From Catajapyx aquilonaris (lineage: Eukaryota), in assembly GCA_000934665.2 (NCBI GenBank), contig KZ538580.1, positions 1 to 60,914 of the forward strand: a DNA stretch of 60,914 nucleotides, in the 5' to 3' direction. This document shows, in pieces, positions 23,774 through 38,700 of the stretch. Position numbers and translations under genes: made by a program. Numbering within the stretch: the first letter of the stretch is position 1; every line of letters begins with the position of its first letter. Below the pieces are notes generated by a model that was given only the letters and a program-made list of their open reading frames with translations, was not told where the DNA came from and did no database searches.

Positions 23774-26700
23774 ATGGTCTACGAATCATACTACTCTCGT
23801 CCCCTGTACTCTGCCAGGCCAATTACCACCACCACTTACTACACGGTAAGTTCATTTTGTTTATTTTCTTGCCTTTTTGGGTATCTTCTGTATAATTGTG
23901 CTTGTTGTCCACTACCGTGTCCACTACCATGCGTAATATGTCGCTAATCCAGTCAAATGGAGCAATACGGTACCTAAGGCGCCATTCTAGCTTGCACCTG
24001 TCACACGTTATGCAATGTCACGTGACAGGAGCAAGATTACGCAATGGGGCTGTAAGCGCTTATTTTTAGCCAACTTCAAATAAAATACACGCTGCTGTAA
24101 CAATAGTAGTGTAAAGGTAAAATATAAACACTAAAAAAAAGGGATGATTTCAACTTTGATTCCTATAATAATTCGTGTGTGTCAGCTTTCAAATTTTGCA
24201 TTGCAGTCGCACCAAATATCAAAAGTAATGCTAATTTGAATACACCTTCCATATAATAACAAATAAATACATTAATATTCAGGAAATATTTGTGCGAGTA
24301 GGAAGTAAAAAGGCGAGTCTCCCCTTACGGGCGTTAAAGTAGAGCAGTAGGAATTACTAAAATAGCTCAAGTTTGCAGACATTTCCGCGTTCCTAATATA
24401 GTCACGCATGCGACTCCATGCTGGCAACCCGACTGAAGTTTCCGACCGATACTATTCAGCAGCTTACATAGTTACATTGCCAGATATAACTCTCCCAAAT
24501 CACTTTTTGGACATTCCAAAGATGTTATAGGGTGTTGCATAGCCTTATGGCAGTATGTTGCAACAAATGCACTGTATAGCTTGGACACTCTTGGCTGTCT
24601 GCCACAAAACCTGTTTCTGGATTTTACGACTTGGTCTCGGCATAACTCTTCTTTTTTCGCGAACCAAGTTGAAGATTGGGAGGTGGACAAAAGACATGTG
24701 TTGAGAGCCATCAGACGCATGGTGGTAAATGAGCCAAGTGTTACCTTGGCAGCCAATGAGATTTGGACTTAAACCAACGCCTGAGTAAGAAGGCAATATA
24801 AAGGAGCTGGAATACGTCCTCAGGCTACATGTTATTAGTCAAGGTCTTTTCGACAGACAAGAGTGCGTCCTCCAAGAAAATCAAAGCCAAGGAAACCAGA
24901 CTTTGTCGATATGATCACTGTCAATCCAAATAACAAACTGCTTTAAAAATGTTTAAATAGCTCAGCGATATTACAGTTTGGAATTCAGCGTGAAATTTAA
25001 AATTTGTGTGGATGTAGAAGGAGCTATTTGTTTATAGATATCACTTTTCCCCACAAAAGAAACGTTATCCAGTGGGGGATATAAAATAATGTTACTTCAT
25101 TGCAACTCATGAGTGCTATTTGTATTGACAAACTGCAATATTTGCTGGAGGCGATTTCCAGTGATGTATTTATTTTAATTAATGTCAGTCTTCTGCTCAA
25201 ATTAGTTGGCACGATTTCTATACATATACCGGTATACTGTAAGTTTTATCTAACAAAATATATATTGTTTATAAAATTGCTCAGGTACGTACTACTGATG
25301 ACATTACAAAGATACGGTACTTCTTCAGATTTAATGACTTCAACATGAATCCAGGAGGAAAATATTGCATTAATATCTAATCTTCGATTTCTTATTAAAA
25401 GGAAATTGACCTGGTATGATCCTTTTATTAGATGCAAGGCGCTGTTTGTAATATACTAGAAATTGTGAAAAAATGTGGATAAATGCCATCAAGTACAGCA
25501 TTGTGGTGTCAGGGAATAATATACGGTATAGAGCAAGAATACTGTATATAGCGAGAAGAGGGAGTTTCACGAAATACTGCATTTTCACTTGTGGTTTGAA
25601 GTTGTATGCTATATTTGCATCCTTGCTTATTATGAATGGTCCTCGAATTCTCTGGAGTGCAAGGAGTGCAAGTACCGGCCTTCATTGTGGCATTTGTGAT
25701 AAACTTCTTTTTTCCTTGGCACCACTCTCGGAGGCTGTTGCAAGCATTGACTGTTTACGGACCAGAATAGTTTTACGTTGCATATTACCAATAAACCGAC
25801 ATAAAATGCGTTTCAATATTGATCTCACCACTGTGTCTGCTAATTTCCAGTCTTTCCTGTCATGTAAACTTCATCTGTGGCAATGATAGGCTGACATGTA
25901 CACCATTGAATAGCTAATTTTAAGAGCTTTCAACCGTTTCCAACGACATATATGAATATTTAAAGCCTAAACCAGAAGAAATCGGATTATTATTGGCGGG
26001 AATGAATATCGGATCTGACATACAGTGAGTTAAAAGGGTTCAAATAACGCGGTTAATGCGTCATGATTCTAATTTGAATAAATATATCGGTCTCTTTTTC
26101 CACATACAAGTACAGTACATGATGAAACAATATATTAGATGACCGACAGTTAGGACGGAGTTTTTTTGACCTGAAAGTCCAATGCATAAAAATGTGAAAT
26201 GACGATGCTGCTGCATCAGTGTACATATTTTTATCACAGGTATTCATGTCAGAATAAGAAACAATTCTTTAACGAGAGAAGAATGCAAAATTAGATAAAA
26301 TGACTAGAAGAAAAAATTTCGCGAATTATTTGTGAGACAGTAAAGAGCACATAGATAAGCCTAGATGAACGTTGATTCAAAGTGTCAGTGGTGTCAAACT
26401 CCTTTGTTTATCCTTGGATAGTGCACTGCTTTAGGAGACTGTGTCTTAAGGCGACGTTCAAAAGTATTATGGCTTGTTTGCCCAGCAAATTAGTTAAAAA
26501 GAAGGAAGTCATAAGTGAAATTTGGCTTGTGCAATTATTGTTGCTTCGACAACGTTTTACTACTTCTTTTCAACAGGTTGACGGAGTAATAATCACTTTT
26601 CCACTACTCTTTAAACTGGGAACTTGGACAGTACCACCATGCATAAGCGATAACCCATTTCACATATCACAAGTCATTTCATTATAATATTGTGCGACAA

Positions 26701-29700
26701 CGTTTGCTTAATTATGTTTGAAAATAGCCAATTCCGTACTTTGCACTGGAAATAGTTTACAGCATGTCAGTAAATGCAACATCATTGGCATCTATGTAGA
26801 AGTGAATACCGAGTTATTTTCAACCCCTAGGTTTTTGATTGTCATTGCGATGCTAACGTCTCCTACTTGGAAAACCACTTAGTTCGTTACACCCTGTATT
26901 GTACTGTACTGTACTGCGCATGAAATGAGGCGTAGTATAGTGGCCGTGACGAAGACCTGGATTCTTCTCCTCTCATGATGCGTTTTGTGACTATTGACCT
27001 CACAGGTACTCCATGAGTTTCAGTTATTTTTATATTGGAAAATAATGTGTTGTGATGATAAAGTTTGACCTTTGGTTTCCCTCCTTTGAATACCTTTAAT
27101 CATTACAAAGATTATGACTTGTGTACATCATGAACCGCTCTCAGATTTTTTAAAAAACGACGAGGGATTCAATTTTATAGTAGGCTTACTTATCTGCAGG
27201 TGTAATCTATAATTTTCAATGACAGATAACTTTGGACAGGGCTTGGTGACGTTTTCAGTCACTGTTTTGTAGGTAGGTAGATGTTTTTTTTTTTTGACGA
27301 AAGGGATGAAGACTTCCCCCCCCNCCCCCCCCCCCAATATGAAAATGCACAAGTTTAAAACGTCACTTTAACTGATAGCACCACATCATTGTGCTATGTA
27401 CTGTGTGTCAGTAGTTACTCTTATTATAGCTGTAATTTTACTGCTTAGATTATAATCGTTAATATCTTATAGTAAAAAGGATCAGGTTAAAAATAATTAG
27501 GAATATGAACGTGCAGTCTACAAGAAAGTTACTAAAACTGTTTTGAACTCATTTTAGTAAACGGGATATATTTGTGGTTGGCGATCAAAAAAGAACTTAT
27601 TACGTATAGAAGAAGGAATATCCAGTTCTGTTCAAAAAGCAAGGGATCAAAATAGGACTCTTTTGTGTTAGTGAAAAAAAAGCCTGAGGATTCCATTCGA
27701 GTTACTCTAGCTCTGGCTGACTCACGGATACAATCATGCCGACGCGACGCACACAATAGACTCCTCAGCATGTAGACACTACTATCGTTACCGGGCCTTG
27801 TCTGAAATTTTGAGCCTCTATATTTTTGTTTTGTTTAAGGCTCTAGAACCCGTCTAGAACAATTTTTCTCATTCACTATTGGAACCGATATGGTCATTAT
27901 ACTATATACTCTTGTCAGTGAATGAAGGTGGCTCAAAATCAATTAACAGTTCGAGAATACAACATGGTTGAGAATACTTTACCAGAAATGCTTGGGACCG
28001 GAATTGTTTCGGATTTTGGGATGTGTATATTTGCATCTATAAAATGGAACACCTTTGGGATGGGATAAATGCCTCCACACGATATCCGTATAGATTTTAT
28101 TATCAAAGGTTGATTCCTGTAGGTAATTTTTAATGATTTTGTATGTGCGGTACAGATACCGGCAATGAGGCTAATCATATTATACTCACATGAAAATTTC
28201 CATTTGTTGCGCGTCATGTCAGCACTCAATTTTTTTTTTCTTCGGATTTTGAACGTGTTCGGTCTTTGGAATTCTGGACAAATTATTCTCAACCTGCACC
28301 AGCAACAGAAGCATCAACTTTAGACCTTAGGCATAATTAATTGAAAACATTTGATTTTTTAAAACAAAAATTACCCCTAATAAAGAATCATCAAAATAAT
28401 AATAAAATAAAATCGTCTAAAATACAAGAGAGGCCTATCAACGCAAATACTGCCCTCTTTATCTAAGCAAGTTAGATAAAGGTTAATTTCGAACATGAAT
28501 ATTTAAAAAAATGAAAACCCATTGTTGTAGAAGGCATTGAAAGGCAATGAAACAACTTTCCACTGAGCTCCACATGCCATCACCACGAATTTAATATAAA
28601 TACTTTTATTTTGGTTCTCTAAATTAGTACCGTATACATCATGAGAAGCCGAATAATGTAACTGGCCTTGCAAACGCTATAATCTACGTTACAAGGGTGA
28701 GATTGTCATGAGAGATCAACGCGCAGTTGTCCTTTTTATGCGACTCTTCGAAACACAATGAGTACATAGCCCCCAAGGGCTTAAAGGGCATAATATAAGA
28801 TCCTCAACGGCCAGAAAAGTCCAATAAACTCCTGAATAGTACGTATAGCCCCCGATCATCTCGGTATAGCCTACGTACTGGGTTGAGCACATTTGCATGA
28901 AAACAACATAGTCAATATCGGAATCTAATTATGTTATAAAAGAATTTTTTTACACTGCATGATAGTGTTAATGAATGGCATTAGAATATTATAGTAACAG
29001 CAATGTGTGTGGATTATACAGTCAAAAAGCAACAATGAATAAGCTTGGGAATTGCACATTATTAATCAGAGTCTTCATATAGTTCAGACCACCTGGTTCA
29101 GACTTACTAATAATTTTATTGTGTGAAAATGCAATATTATTTTTCTCGATGCATTTTTTTAAAAATAATTTGAAAACACATCGCATGTTTATTAAAAATG
29201 CAACATCCAGAGCAAAAATATTTTTATATAACATAGTTCACAAAATAATGTTATTCTGGTTAAACGACTCTAAAAGCAACACAGTAAACTACAGGCTCAC
29301 TAATTATCATACTGTTGTGAGCTGAGGAATACAGATGCTTGCATTAGGCTACAATACCTTATCAGCTTCAGAAGGAACAGTCTTGTCGTACTGATCAGAT
29401 GCACCCTAGAAAACTCACCAAGGTTGCATGCCTCAGATGACATTATTTTGGGCAAGCTTACAATCCCTATAGGAGAGTGCTGTTCTTTCCAATTGGCTGC
29501 CCACTTTTGAAACAAACAATCATTTGATAGTCCTCATGAAGTGGAGTTGTCGCGATAGGGTAAAACGCTGGGCGGGGTATGACGTAGAGGTGGTGTGGTA
29601 GTGGGGATGGGCGTGGTTTGGAAAACACAAAAAAAATAATTAAAGTTGCAAAAGCGATTTCGCCCGGTTTGGAAGGTTCTAATAATACTCCACTGCGTGA

Positions 29701-32700
29701 ATATCTTGGAAATGTTTTCCTCGTTTTTTTCGCGAAAGTTATATTTAAAAATAATCGCTTTTAGGAATCAAAGACCCACTGAACGAGACCTGTCCACTTT
29801 GGCACTTCTCCTGCTTAAGATACACTAAGAAAACATACACAAGCAGAGGCTAACACACCCATAGCGTGAAGGTCACCTTGGTTTCTACACATTTGGCTGG
29901 TATTGCTATTCCCTGCAACGGTGTACAAAAAAGAAGGACGCAGTTACAACAAGTACTATGACCCAAAGTACGTCCCACGGTGTCAAAAACAATGCTCCCT
30001 GGATCGAGATCAACTATGTGATCGTTACTGTAGCTCCTTAAGCTGTCAATTAGTATGGTTTCTGGGGGTAACATCCGAACTTTTTCTATCCTTGACATTA
30101 GTGCCAGGTCTTAACAGGACTGGAGATCTCGCCACTTATGACGTGTTGGGTTGGAAATATCTGGATTATTAAGCGTCGAAAATATACATATTACCAACAA
30201 AATCGGTCCTGTCGTACATTCCATACGTTACTATTTTATCAGTTTCCCTGAAATATAGCCTACTTGTAATTGTCATTAGTGTGCTAATGGTTACGGTGGC
30301 GCAATATGTTGACACAGCGTGAAATGTACACCTGGACCTCTTCAGGAGGCAATTATGCCTCTTTCCTTTATTTATTCTTCCGGTATACATGACAGCCAAT
30401 GTAAAAAAAGCGTCGCAAGATGCACTTGGCAACTGCTCCTACGCTTTAAATTATTTTAAGGGCTTTAGACCCGCTCAGATGCCAACATTGACAAGTAGGC
30501 TACTGCGTCTTTCAAGACTTCTCATCTTAGCACCGCGCTAATTGCTTTATTGTGAAATGCTGGTTTCTTTTTCTGGAAACACTTTAAATTACTTCCTCGA
30601 TTATTATTAAACTATTGTGAAGTAAGGTACTATGCGAAGCAGATGCTTATCAGAAAGTTGTGTTACGTGTGAAGTATACGGACAGTTTGATGGAAGCAGC
30701 TCAACAACTGATTAAAGATATGGGATTATAGCATGCAATTATCACTTAACTTTGATAATAATCATTAATGTGGAAATTATATGAGATTCAGGTAGGTTGT
30801 GTGTGAATTCCTTTCCTGCAAACTTTTCACTAAATCTATATTTCTGTTATGAATAATTAATTGTTGAATAACTGCATCATTTACTGGTGTGTTTGGATTG
30901 AGTAATTGTCTTAATAACGACTGATATTCAGTGCAACACATCATTTTTGTAGAAAGTAGGTTTCTCGTAGTACTTGATTCCTACACTTCTTTCATTAACA
31001 GCCATACAGTGCACAGTACTGAGAGATCATTTTCCCTGAAGAACTCAAGTAAATGTTGCAGTTGTATTATTTTGTAATCTAGTTCTCTTGATCGCCTCAG
31101 ACAGCTTTCATGGTCAAATAGGTTCTGACTTATCAAATGCACCCTGGATAGCTGTCGATACCGAATAGCACATTTCAAAACCATAAAATTAAAACCTTAG
31201 AACATCTTTCTTTGTCCGTTTGATAGTTAGCCAGTTGCTCATCTTGTACAGTACAGTGGGGCATTTTATGAGATATTCTGAAAATTGTTTGCTTCGAAAA
31301 AATACTCAAGTTGATCTGGTGATCACTCATTAGTATTTTCGTCCGCAAGTGATCAGTTGTGCATAATGCCTCCGTAAAATTATTATTCGCACATTATATA
31401 CTAATCATATAGAACAACATGGACTTCATAATAATCGAATTTGCTGGATTTATGCCTTTTTGCCAGGGCATGTTCTATAAGTGAAGGTCAGAAGTAATGA
31501 GTATGAAAGCTGGAAAGTCCAAAATAGCCTCCGTTTGAGAGGATTAGAGCAAGTGTATGCTGGAATAATATATGAGGCTATGCGGAGATGATCCTTGTTG
31601 GTGTCCTCCGTCTCTACTGTGAACCTCCTCTATCTTCTACCTGACAGAGCCCGAGGCACTACTACTTGGGATATGATTCGCCCTCTTCGATCCGGCGAGA
31701 GGATTACTACTCCCGTTCCTCCTCTTCCTCTGTCCCCCGGGTCTACTCCTCCAGCTACTCCTCGGAGACCACCCGTAGCACTGGAAGCGGACCTGGTGGT
31801 TACTCTTCCTCCTACTACAGCAGCGGGAACTACCGCTCTCCCTATGGCACTACCTTGCGCCATTTCTCTTACCGTGTATAAAAAGATGACGACTCTTCAA
31901 CTAGCTTACTAATATCCTTCCACTTACTAATCTTCTTTGACACACTAACATATTTCTGACACTACCTTTGATTCCTGTAGGGAATGTTTTTGTCACTAAT
32001 CAAACCATACGGCGGCGTGCGTTTCGTTTTCACCAACTTGTCAGTGGTTACACACAACACCTAATACGTACAATGTGCACTGTATATGTAGATTATTATT
32101 TAAAGAGTAACAAATGTTTATTTTTCTTTTATGTGCAGAGAAAACTCGTATGTGCCAAGTAATGTCGCTCGAGCACAAATCACTTTGTGTTTAGATCAGT
32201 CGAGTATGCGTCGCTCGCACAGGACAAAGTACAGAAACCCTTGTAGTTTGTGGCAAACTAACCCATGGCACCTGAATGAACACACCTGCTTTGACACCCC
32301 CTCCCCACGCCCTCCCCAACTGTACTTCTTGGCTGATCTATGTCTTTCAAGCTCGCATTTGAACTCATCCACAAGATATATTTACAAGAATAAGGTGCTG
32401 TGATTGTCCATCGCGATTGCTTCCAGCATACCGTGCCTCTAATAATCTCTGCGCAGTCTGTTTTGGTCCATTTCAATCACGCAGGTACACTGAACATACA
32501 GGGGATAGGTGCAAGATATTATTTTAATACTACTAATAACATTGCCGGAACTATAACATTTAACATCCTTGACATATCCTAACATCATGATGCCCAATTG
32601 TCCCTCCGTCCATTTATCCTATCAACAACGCCCATATAAAACTGGAAAGTGGTACTGCTTGCTTCCACGTGATAAGGTATGTGATTCGCTGGAATTTGTC

Positions 32701-35700
32701 ATGGAGTATATTCAAAACAAACTGCTTTTCTTGTATATATATACGCAAAATATGTGCGCATTGGTGTGCTGCTGCAGAAGGAAATGTTTGCCATATGCCT
32801 AAACTTCTGGGTCAGCGTTATTTTGGTGGGCGCATAGGCTTAGTTTGACCTACAAAACAAACTAAAAGAAAGTGTCTGAAGTTAACGGCGCAACTCTGGG
32901 CAGAATATATAAAAAACCGGGGGGAAGAGGTGTGTCCGTCCACTCTTTCCTATTTATGTCTCGCATCCGGGCTGAAACTTTAGAGGGCAGAGAAGAGGTT
33001 GAGGTGGATATTTTTGCTCTCCTTTGGCAAAATCTCAAAATGAGTAGGAATGCTTCGTGTAGAGGCCAAACTATCCCCTCAACTAATTCCGCCCTCTGAA
33101 TACGCGCCAAAGTGAATCCTGGCTTCCCCCGAGGCCATTGGGTTGTTGCTCCTGAGAATTCATGAGGATAGTCCCCCCGGTTCCAAGTTCGCTGCTCCTG
33201 AATCCACCCCTTTAAAACTATCGCTGAGCGTCCCTTGGACCAATTCACTCCTTCCCTCGCACAGAGCAAGATGTACTCCTCTGGTATCCCATCGGTGGCT
33301 CACAGGAGGTTGACGGCGACCTCATCTCCACCCAGAAGCGTGACTCTGAGCCCTCTTTACTACGAACTCGAGATGGAGAACCGCGGCAGGGTCCCATACC
33401 CGCCTTCTCCATTCGACCCCGAGGATATCTATGATAACCGAGCACTTGAGGTAAGTCATGTCTGCTAGCATGCAAGTACATACCCACCCATAGGAACAGA
33501 AAGGCCCAGAGGGAACAACTGGGATCTCTCTGTTGCTACCACTACTCCTACCACTCCTACCACCCCGCCTACCTAATCATATGCTTCTACAATGCCCTAA
33601 GTACCAGTCCATATAGTGAGTGACCATGTGCCTGCATTGTTGCAGGATTTCGACGCAACTACTCGTGGTATCAGGCGCCAGGCTACTTCTATGCTTGCCC
33701 GTTACAACCTGCCCAAGCCCCTCTACCATGTGAACAGGATCCCTCTCAGGTAAATAAAACTTTATTTGTTAGACACCCAGTGGCATGGACAGATATGGGT
33801 CTGGCATACAGTGGAATTCATAGACTGTGAATACTCAGTGGGCCTACCCAGGGGTTACTTATCCTGAAAGTGAGACAACCGCCGATGCTTGGAATAGCCT
33901 GGAGCTATTCCAGGAGGTGTAGGCAGGGAGTTGTAGTCATGGATGGTATTAGTGTGAGGAGTTATTTATTTATTTAACTGAGGTGATACGGATACTGAGA
34001 ATGTTATTTCTGAAGTTAGGCCTATACAAATGAGGGAAACAGTAGGAGAAGCCTAATATTAAAAGCTTCTGGTTTAGGTTCGCTGCACAAGACAATGGCA
34101 CAAGATAAATGCTGCACGACGCTAATGTTATTTCAGAAGTAAGTTCTCGAGTGACATATTTTCAGTGCTAAAAAGAATATTGATGCGAAATCTAGTAGAC
34201 GAAAAAATGACATTTCAAATGCTCCACATCTAAGCAGCTAATAAATTGTGATCAATAGTTAACAGATTGATTGCTCAAAACTAAAAGTAGTATTCCTCTT
34301 TCCACAAAAAAAATGTGCAGACGCCAACCCTGAGCTAAATTTGCACATATTCTAAGCCTTTCCTATTGCTCCAGTTTGATTTGACAATCTTTGACAATAC
34401 ATGATAAGCCACCACATAATACTTTATTAACATCAGTATAACATGACACATCATCATACTTTTAAAAAGAGAATCTGAAAAAAGTGATGCAAAGGACTGG
34501 GGAGCGGGCAAGTAATATCTTTTGGCCCCGACCATGTGCAGTACCTCCTCCGAAGTGAGGGACGTGCTGAACCTGCGACGTGACTATGTGAAGGGCAACA
34601 TGCGCTCCGTGAGTCCTCTCCCCGACGAATACTACAAGATGAGCATCTACCCTGAACCGGTGAAGAGGCCCTACATCGGGCGAGGCAACCTGTCCTGCAT
34701 GTCGTATGCCGGGGGCAGGCCCATCGCCAAGCGCAGGGGTCGTTACCATCCCGACGATAAGGTCAGCAACGAGATCAACAGCAGATCCTACTATCGCGCC
34801 GTCACCTCCGCCGCCAATGCCAACAAGGAGTACAGGCGAGGTGAGATGCTCACTGCCCTGTGACGTCATTTCCCTCCCGCCTCCGCAGCCACGTAGATAG
34901 GAACTTTTTGCATTACCAGTGTCCTCCCAGGGAATGTCAAATCTACGTCAGTGCTTGTCAGCAACCATCCGCCCTTTTCCAATTTATGTGTTTATTAAGA
35001 CCTTCTCATACACCATTCGACTGAATCAAAATGCTGCCATGATGACACACAGAGTGTGATTTGAAATGTCTTAGGCAGACATTCTGGTGCAATTAAATGG
35101 GTTGTGATTAGGTTCAAATTTGACCAGTAAATCACAGTTGGCTCAATACTTGCTGACAGAAACTGATCCCTTTTGCTTTCAAATCCAGCCTGTAATATAA
35201 ATGGTGCATAAAGGGAAAGTTCCACGCTGATTTTCAAAATTATATGGAACACTATTTTTCTTGCCCTAAAAAGTTATCCTTTTTTCTCCCCTTGGCAGTA
35301 GCTTGAACTCAAACACAAAAAAACTGGTTGATATCAGTGACACACATTATTCCAATTCCAACATTTTCAAGACTATGAAGGGATGGGGTTGGGTGTGGAA
35401 ATATTCGGAAGTGTTTCTGTCGCCCGTCATCGTGTTGTCCTGTGAAGGCATTTGTTCTTTTGTCCCCTTCTCCCTGAGTTCTCTACATACGTGAGTGGTT
35501 GGCATGGTGATGGACGTGCCGCAAAAAAAATAATTACCAGAGTCCATATATGTCGTGCAGTCACGATCGTTTTGTTTCTACCTCCTTTCAGATGGCGAGA
35601 AGTAATAGGGTTTGTGCAACTGTTTACCCTGTAGGCCGCTTCTTTCACTTGTCCCACCTCCCTCCTGGTATAACATTGATGCCCAGACTGACTTTTCGAG

Positions 35701-38700
35701 CCCTTACCCCTGCTATGTTACGCTCTTCTTGGGCTATCTAGCTAAGCTATCTCCACATCTTTGGATCTTGGCCATCCTTACTTGTGGAAGTATGAAGTTT
35801 ACTTTGACTATCGCTTTGTCTCCAACCCTCGCCTTTCATGTGTCTGAGTATTCTTGTCACACATACACATTAAATAAATGCATACCTGCCAACATTATGA
35901 TAAATTATATCTTTTCCGTGTGTGGCGTGTGAGTTACATTATGTTCATCACAAAGAGATAATTTTTGCGGTGCTCCAATGAATCGCTCCGAAAAAGAGCA
36001 GTTCATGGAGGACGTAATAATTATCTTCCATATTATAACACGTGCAAAAGAATATCATTGAACTAATGAACATTGTCATAAAAAAATCCACTCCTACAAT
36101 ATATAACCACTCCATAGATTCTTGAAAATGTACAGGAAACACAAAAACCATAATTTTGTCACCAATTCAGGCCACACAATCACATATAATATCAGAACAC
36201 GTTTTTACCCTCTTTATCTCTTATGCACTTGACTTCCTTTTATGCTATTCTCCCAAAGTACATGATTCGAAATGTACTAATTTAATTTTTTCTCACTTTA
36301 GCTGCAGTTAAGTAGTGTGCATTTTATAATGATGAGTCTGCATGCCATTTATGATTTTCACAGGCTCTTGGTGCTATATGTGTTTGGAAAGTTTCAATAG
36401 TGTATTATAACCCTGCAGACTTAGGAGCAGGTTGATCGAGGCAAATTAGTCAAAATATCAGATTATTCACAATATAAACTTTGACAAAATCTGATATTTT
36501 CTTTACTGATTTGTGTTGATACAACCAGCCTTTAGATTTAGATAAGGTGAGCATGTATAACCATCTAATTTTGTCATACATCACTTACTCCTCCTTCAAA
36601 ACGTACTGTACAAATCCTCACCAACAACACTATATAATTTTGAGTGACTGAAAAGGGAACAAAACACGATACAGCCGCTGCTTTGTACATACGACTTTGT
36701 TAAGTTTTGCGAACCCGGCCCTCATTCTATTATCCTCCGGCCTCTGCAGCCTAGAAAGTTGCATCGCAGAAGAAAATACAGCTTAGTAAGTATCTGATAA
36801 TCGGGGACATATTTTTACCCGTATTTTGTATCTTGACATTAATTTTCTTTCTCGCAATATTTTTGGTTGCTAAACTTGCAACACTTCTAAGGCAAGTTAT
36901 TTTATTTTGGTAACAATAGAGCTTTATTATAGCATCATAGCTCACCTAACCCCAGGCATTTGAATCAAAATACCATTTTATTGAAGCCTGCGGCAAAAAT
37001 ATCTCATTGGGAGATATCTTATGCAAGGAGCAAGTGAGACCCTTACCTCCGCCTCAGGACATTAAATCGCTTGAATTTGGTTATAAGATCCTCTCTAATG
37101 ACAAACCCCCTCCTCTCATTGAGTGCACTTGTGCTTCTTAACAATATTATTTTGTAACATTCAACGTTGATTATCCAACAATTGTTTGTGTATTTATACA
37201 CACATACATATTGTGAGCAGCAACACTCACTGCTGATTGCTTGATTCAGCTTATGTTGACACGCAATTACTTCACTCTTAATGAGACTAGAACTAACATA
37301 TCTATAGACCAACTAAATGGTCTTTAAACGATAACAGGTCATGATGTGAAGTTAACTTAACATTTCGACCTCCACAGCCCTACTGGATGCCTTCTATCCA
37401 CCTGGAATAGGAGCAGCTGCCAGTTACCGCCCGCCTCCTAACATCGAGACCCCTACGAGAACCGCGAGAAAGACTGATAAGGTACGCTCACCTTTCTTTA
37501 GATAGAACGTTTCACTGGGCGAATGCGCGTCACTGCAACTTTTTTCTTCGAATCAGCTTAGCCTGCGCTTTTAGCAACCTTCAAGCGGTTTATTTTAAGA
37601 ATAGCTAAAAAAAAGTTGTAGGGGCGCAAACCTTTCATGATGCTATTCACACACACTGGTGGGCAATGTGTTGCACGCATTGCTTTAAGTTTAGAAATAA
37701 CTGCAAGTAAAAGTAACTGTAATTTAGTATGATTCCATGATTTTACTATTGAGTGGACTTCATGCGCAGGAAGGAAATCCCGGCCGCACCTTTGACAATC
37801 CCGGGCATTCGCTGGGAAACCCTGGTCGTTCAGATAATCCTGGACATGGAAATCCCGGCCACGGCAACCCCGGCCACGGCAATCCCGGCCATAGAAATCC
37901 CGGCCACGGCAACCCCGGCCACGGCAACCCCAAGGAAACTCCAAAGGAACCTGACCCAGATGATTTCTGGGCTGGTGCCGAGCCTGATCCCATGCCAAGG
38001 AGGAAGTCCATTATTGAGATCGCTCAAGAAGCCGCTGAGGAAGTGGAAAAATACATCGAACAAGGTATTAATAATGGAAATTCCCTGGTCCCCACCTCCC
38101 CGCAACAAATATTGAATACTGACAAAATAATCGCCATTGTCATCAGTTAAGGCCGAGGAATACGCTAAGCAACCAGACTTCTGGGCTGGTGCTGACCCAG
38201 AACCCCCTCCAAGGAGGAAGTCCATCATTGAGATTGCTCAAGAGGAAGCCGCTGAAGTTGAAAGATTGGAAGCCAGTAAGTGTCATCAGTCACTATTTTG
38301 TCAGGTAGATGTGGAATGACATATCCATTGCAGTTCAAAGGAGGGCGTCCGCTGAACTGGCGAAAGACGACGTCAAGCCGAAAAAGAAGAGGAGCATAAA
38401 GAAGGAGGATAAGAAGGAGGAAAAGAAGGAAGAAAAGAAGGAGGAGAAGAAGGAAGAGAAGAAGGAGGAGAAGAAGGAGGAGAAGAAAGAGGAGAAGAAA
38501 GAGGAGAAGAAGGAGGAGAAGAAGGAGGAGAAGAAGGAGGAAAAGAAGGCTGAGCCAGCACCCGAACCTCCCAAGTCCGCTCCTGAACCACCCAAAGAGG
38601 CTGCCCCTGCCCCTGCCCCTGCCCCAGAACCACCCAAGGCAGCCGCTCCTGCCCCAGCACCTGAGCCCCCTAAGGCAGCCGCCCCTGCACCCGTACCTGA

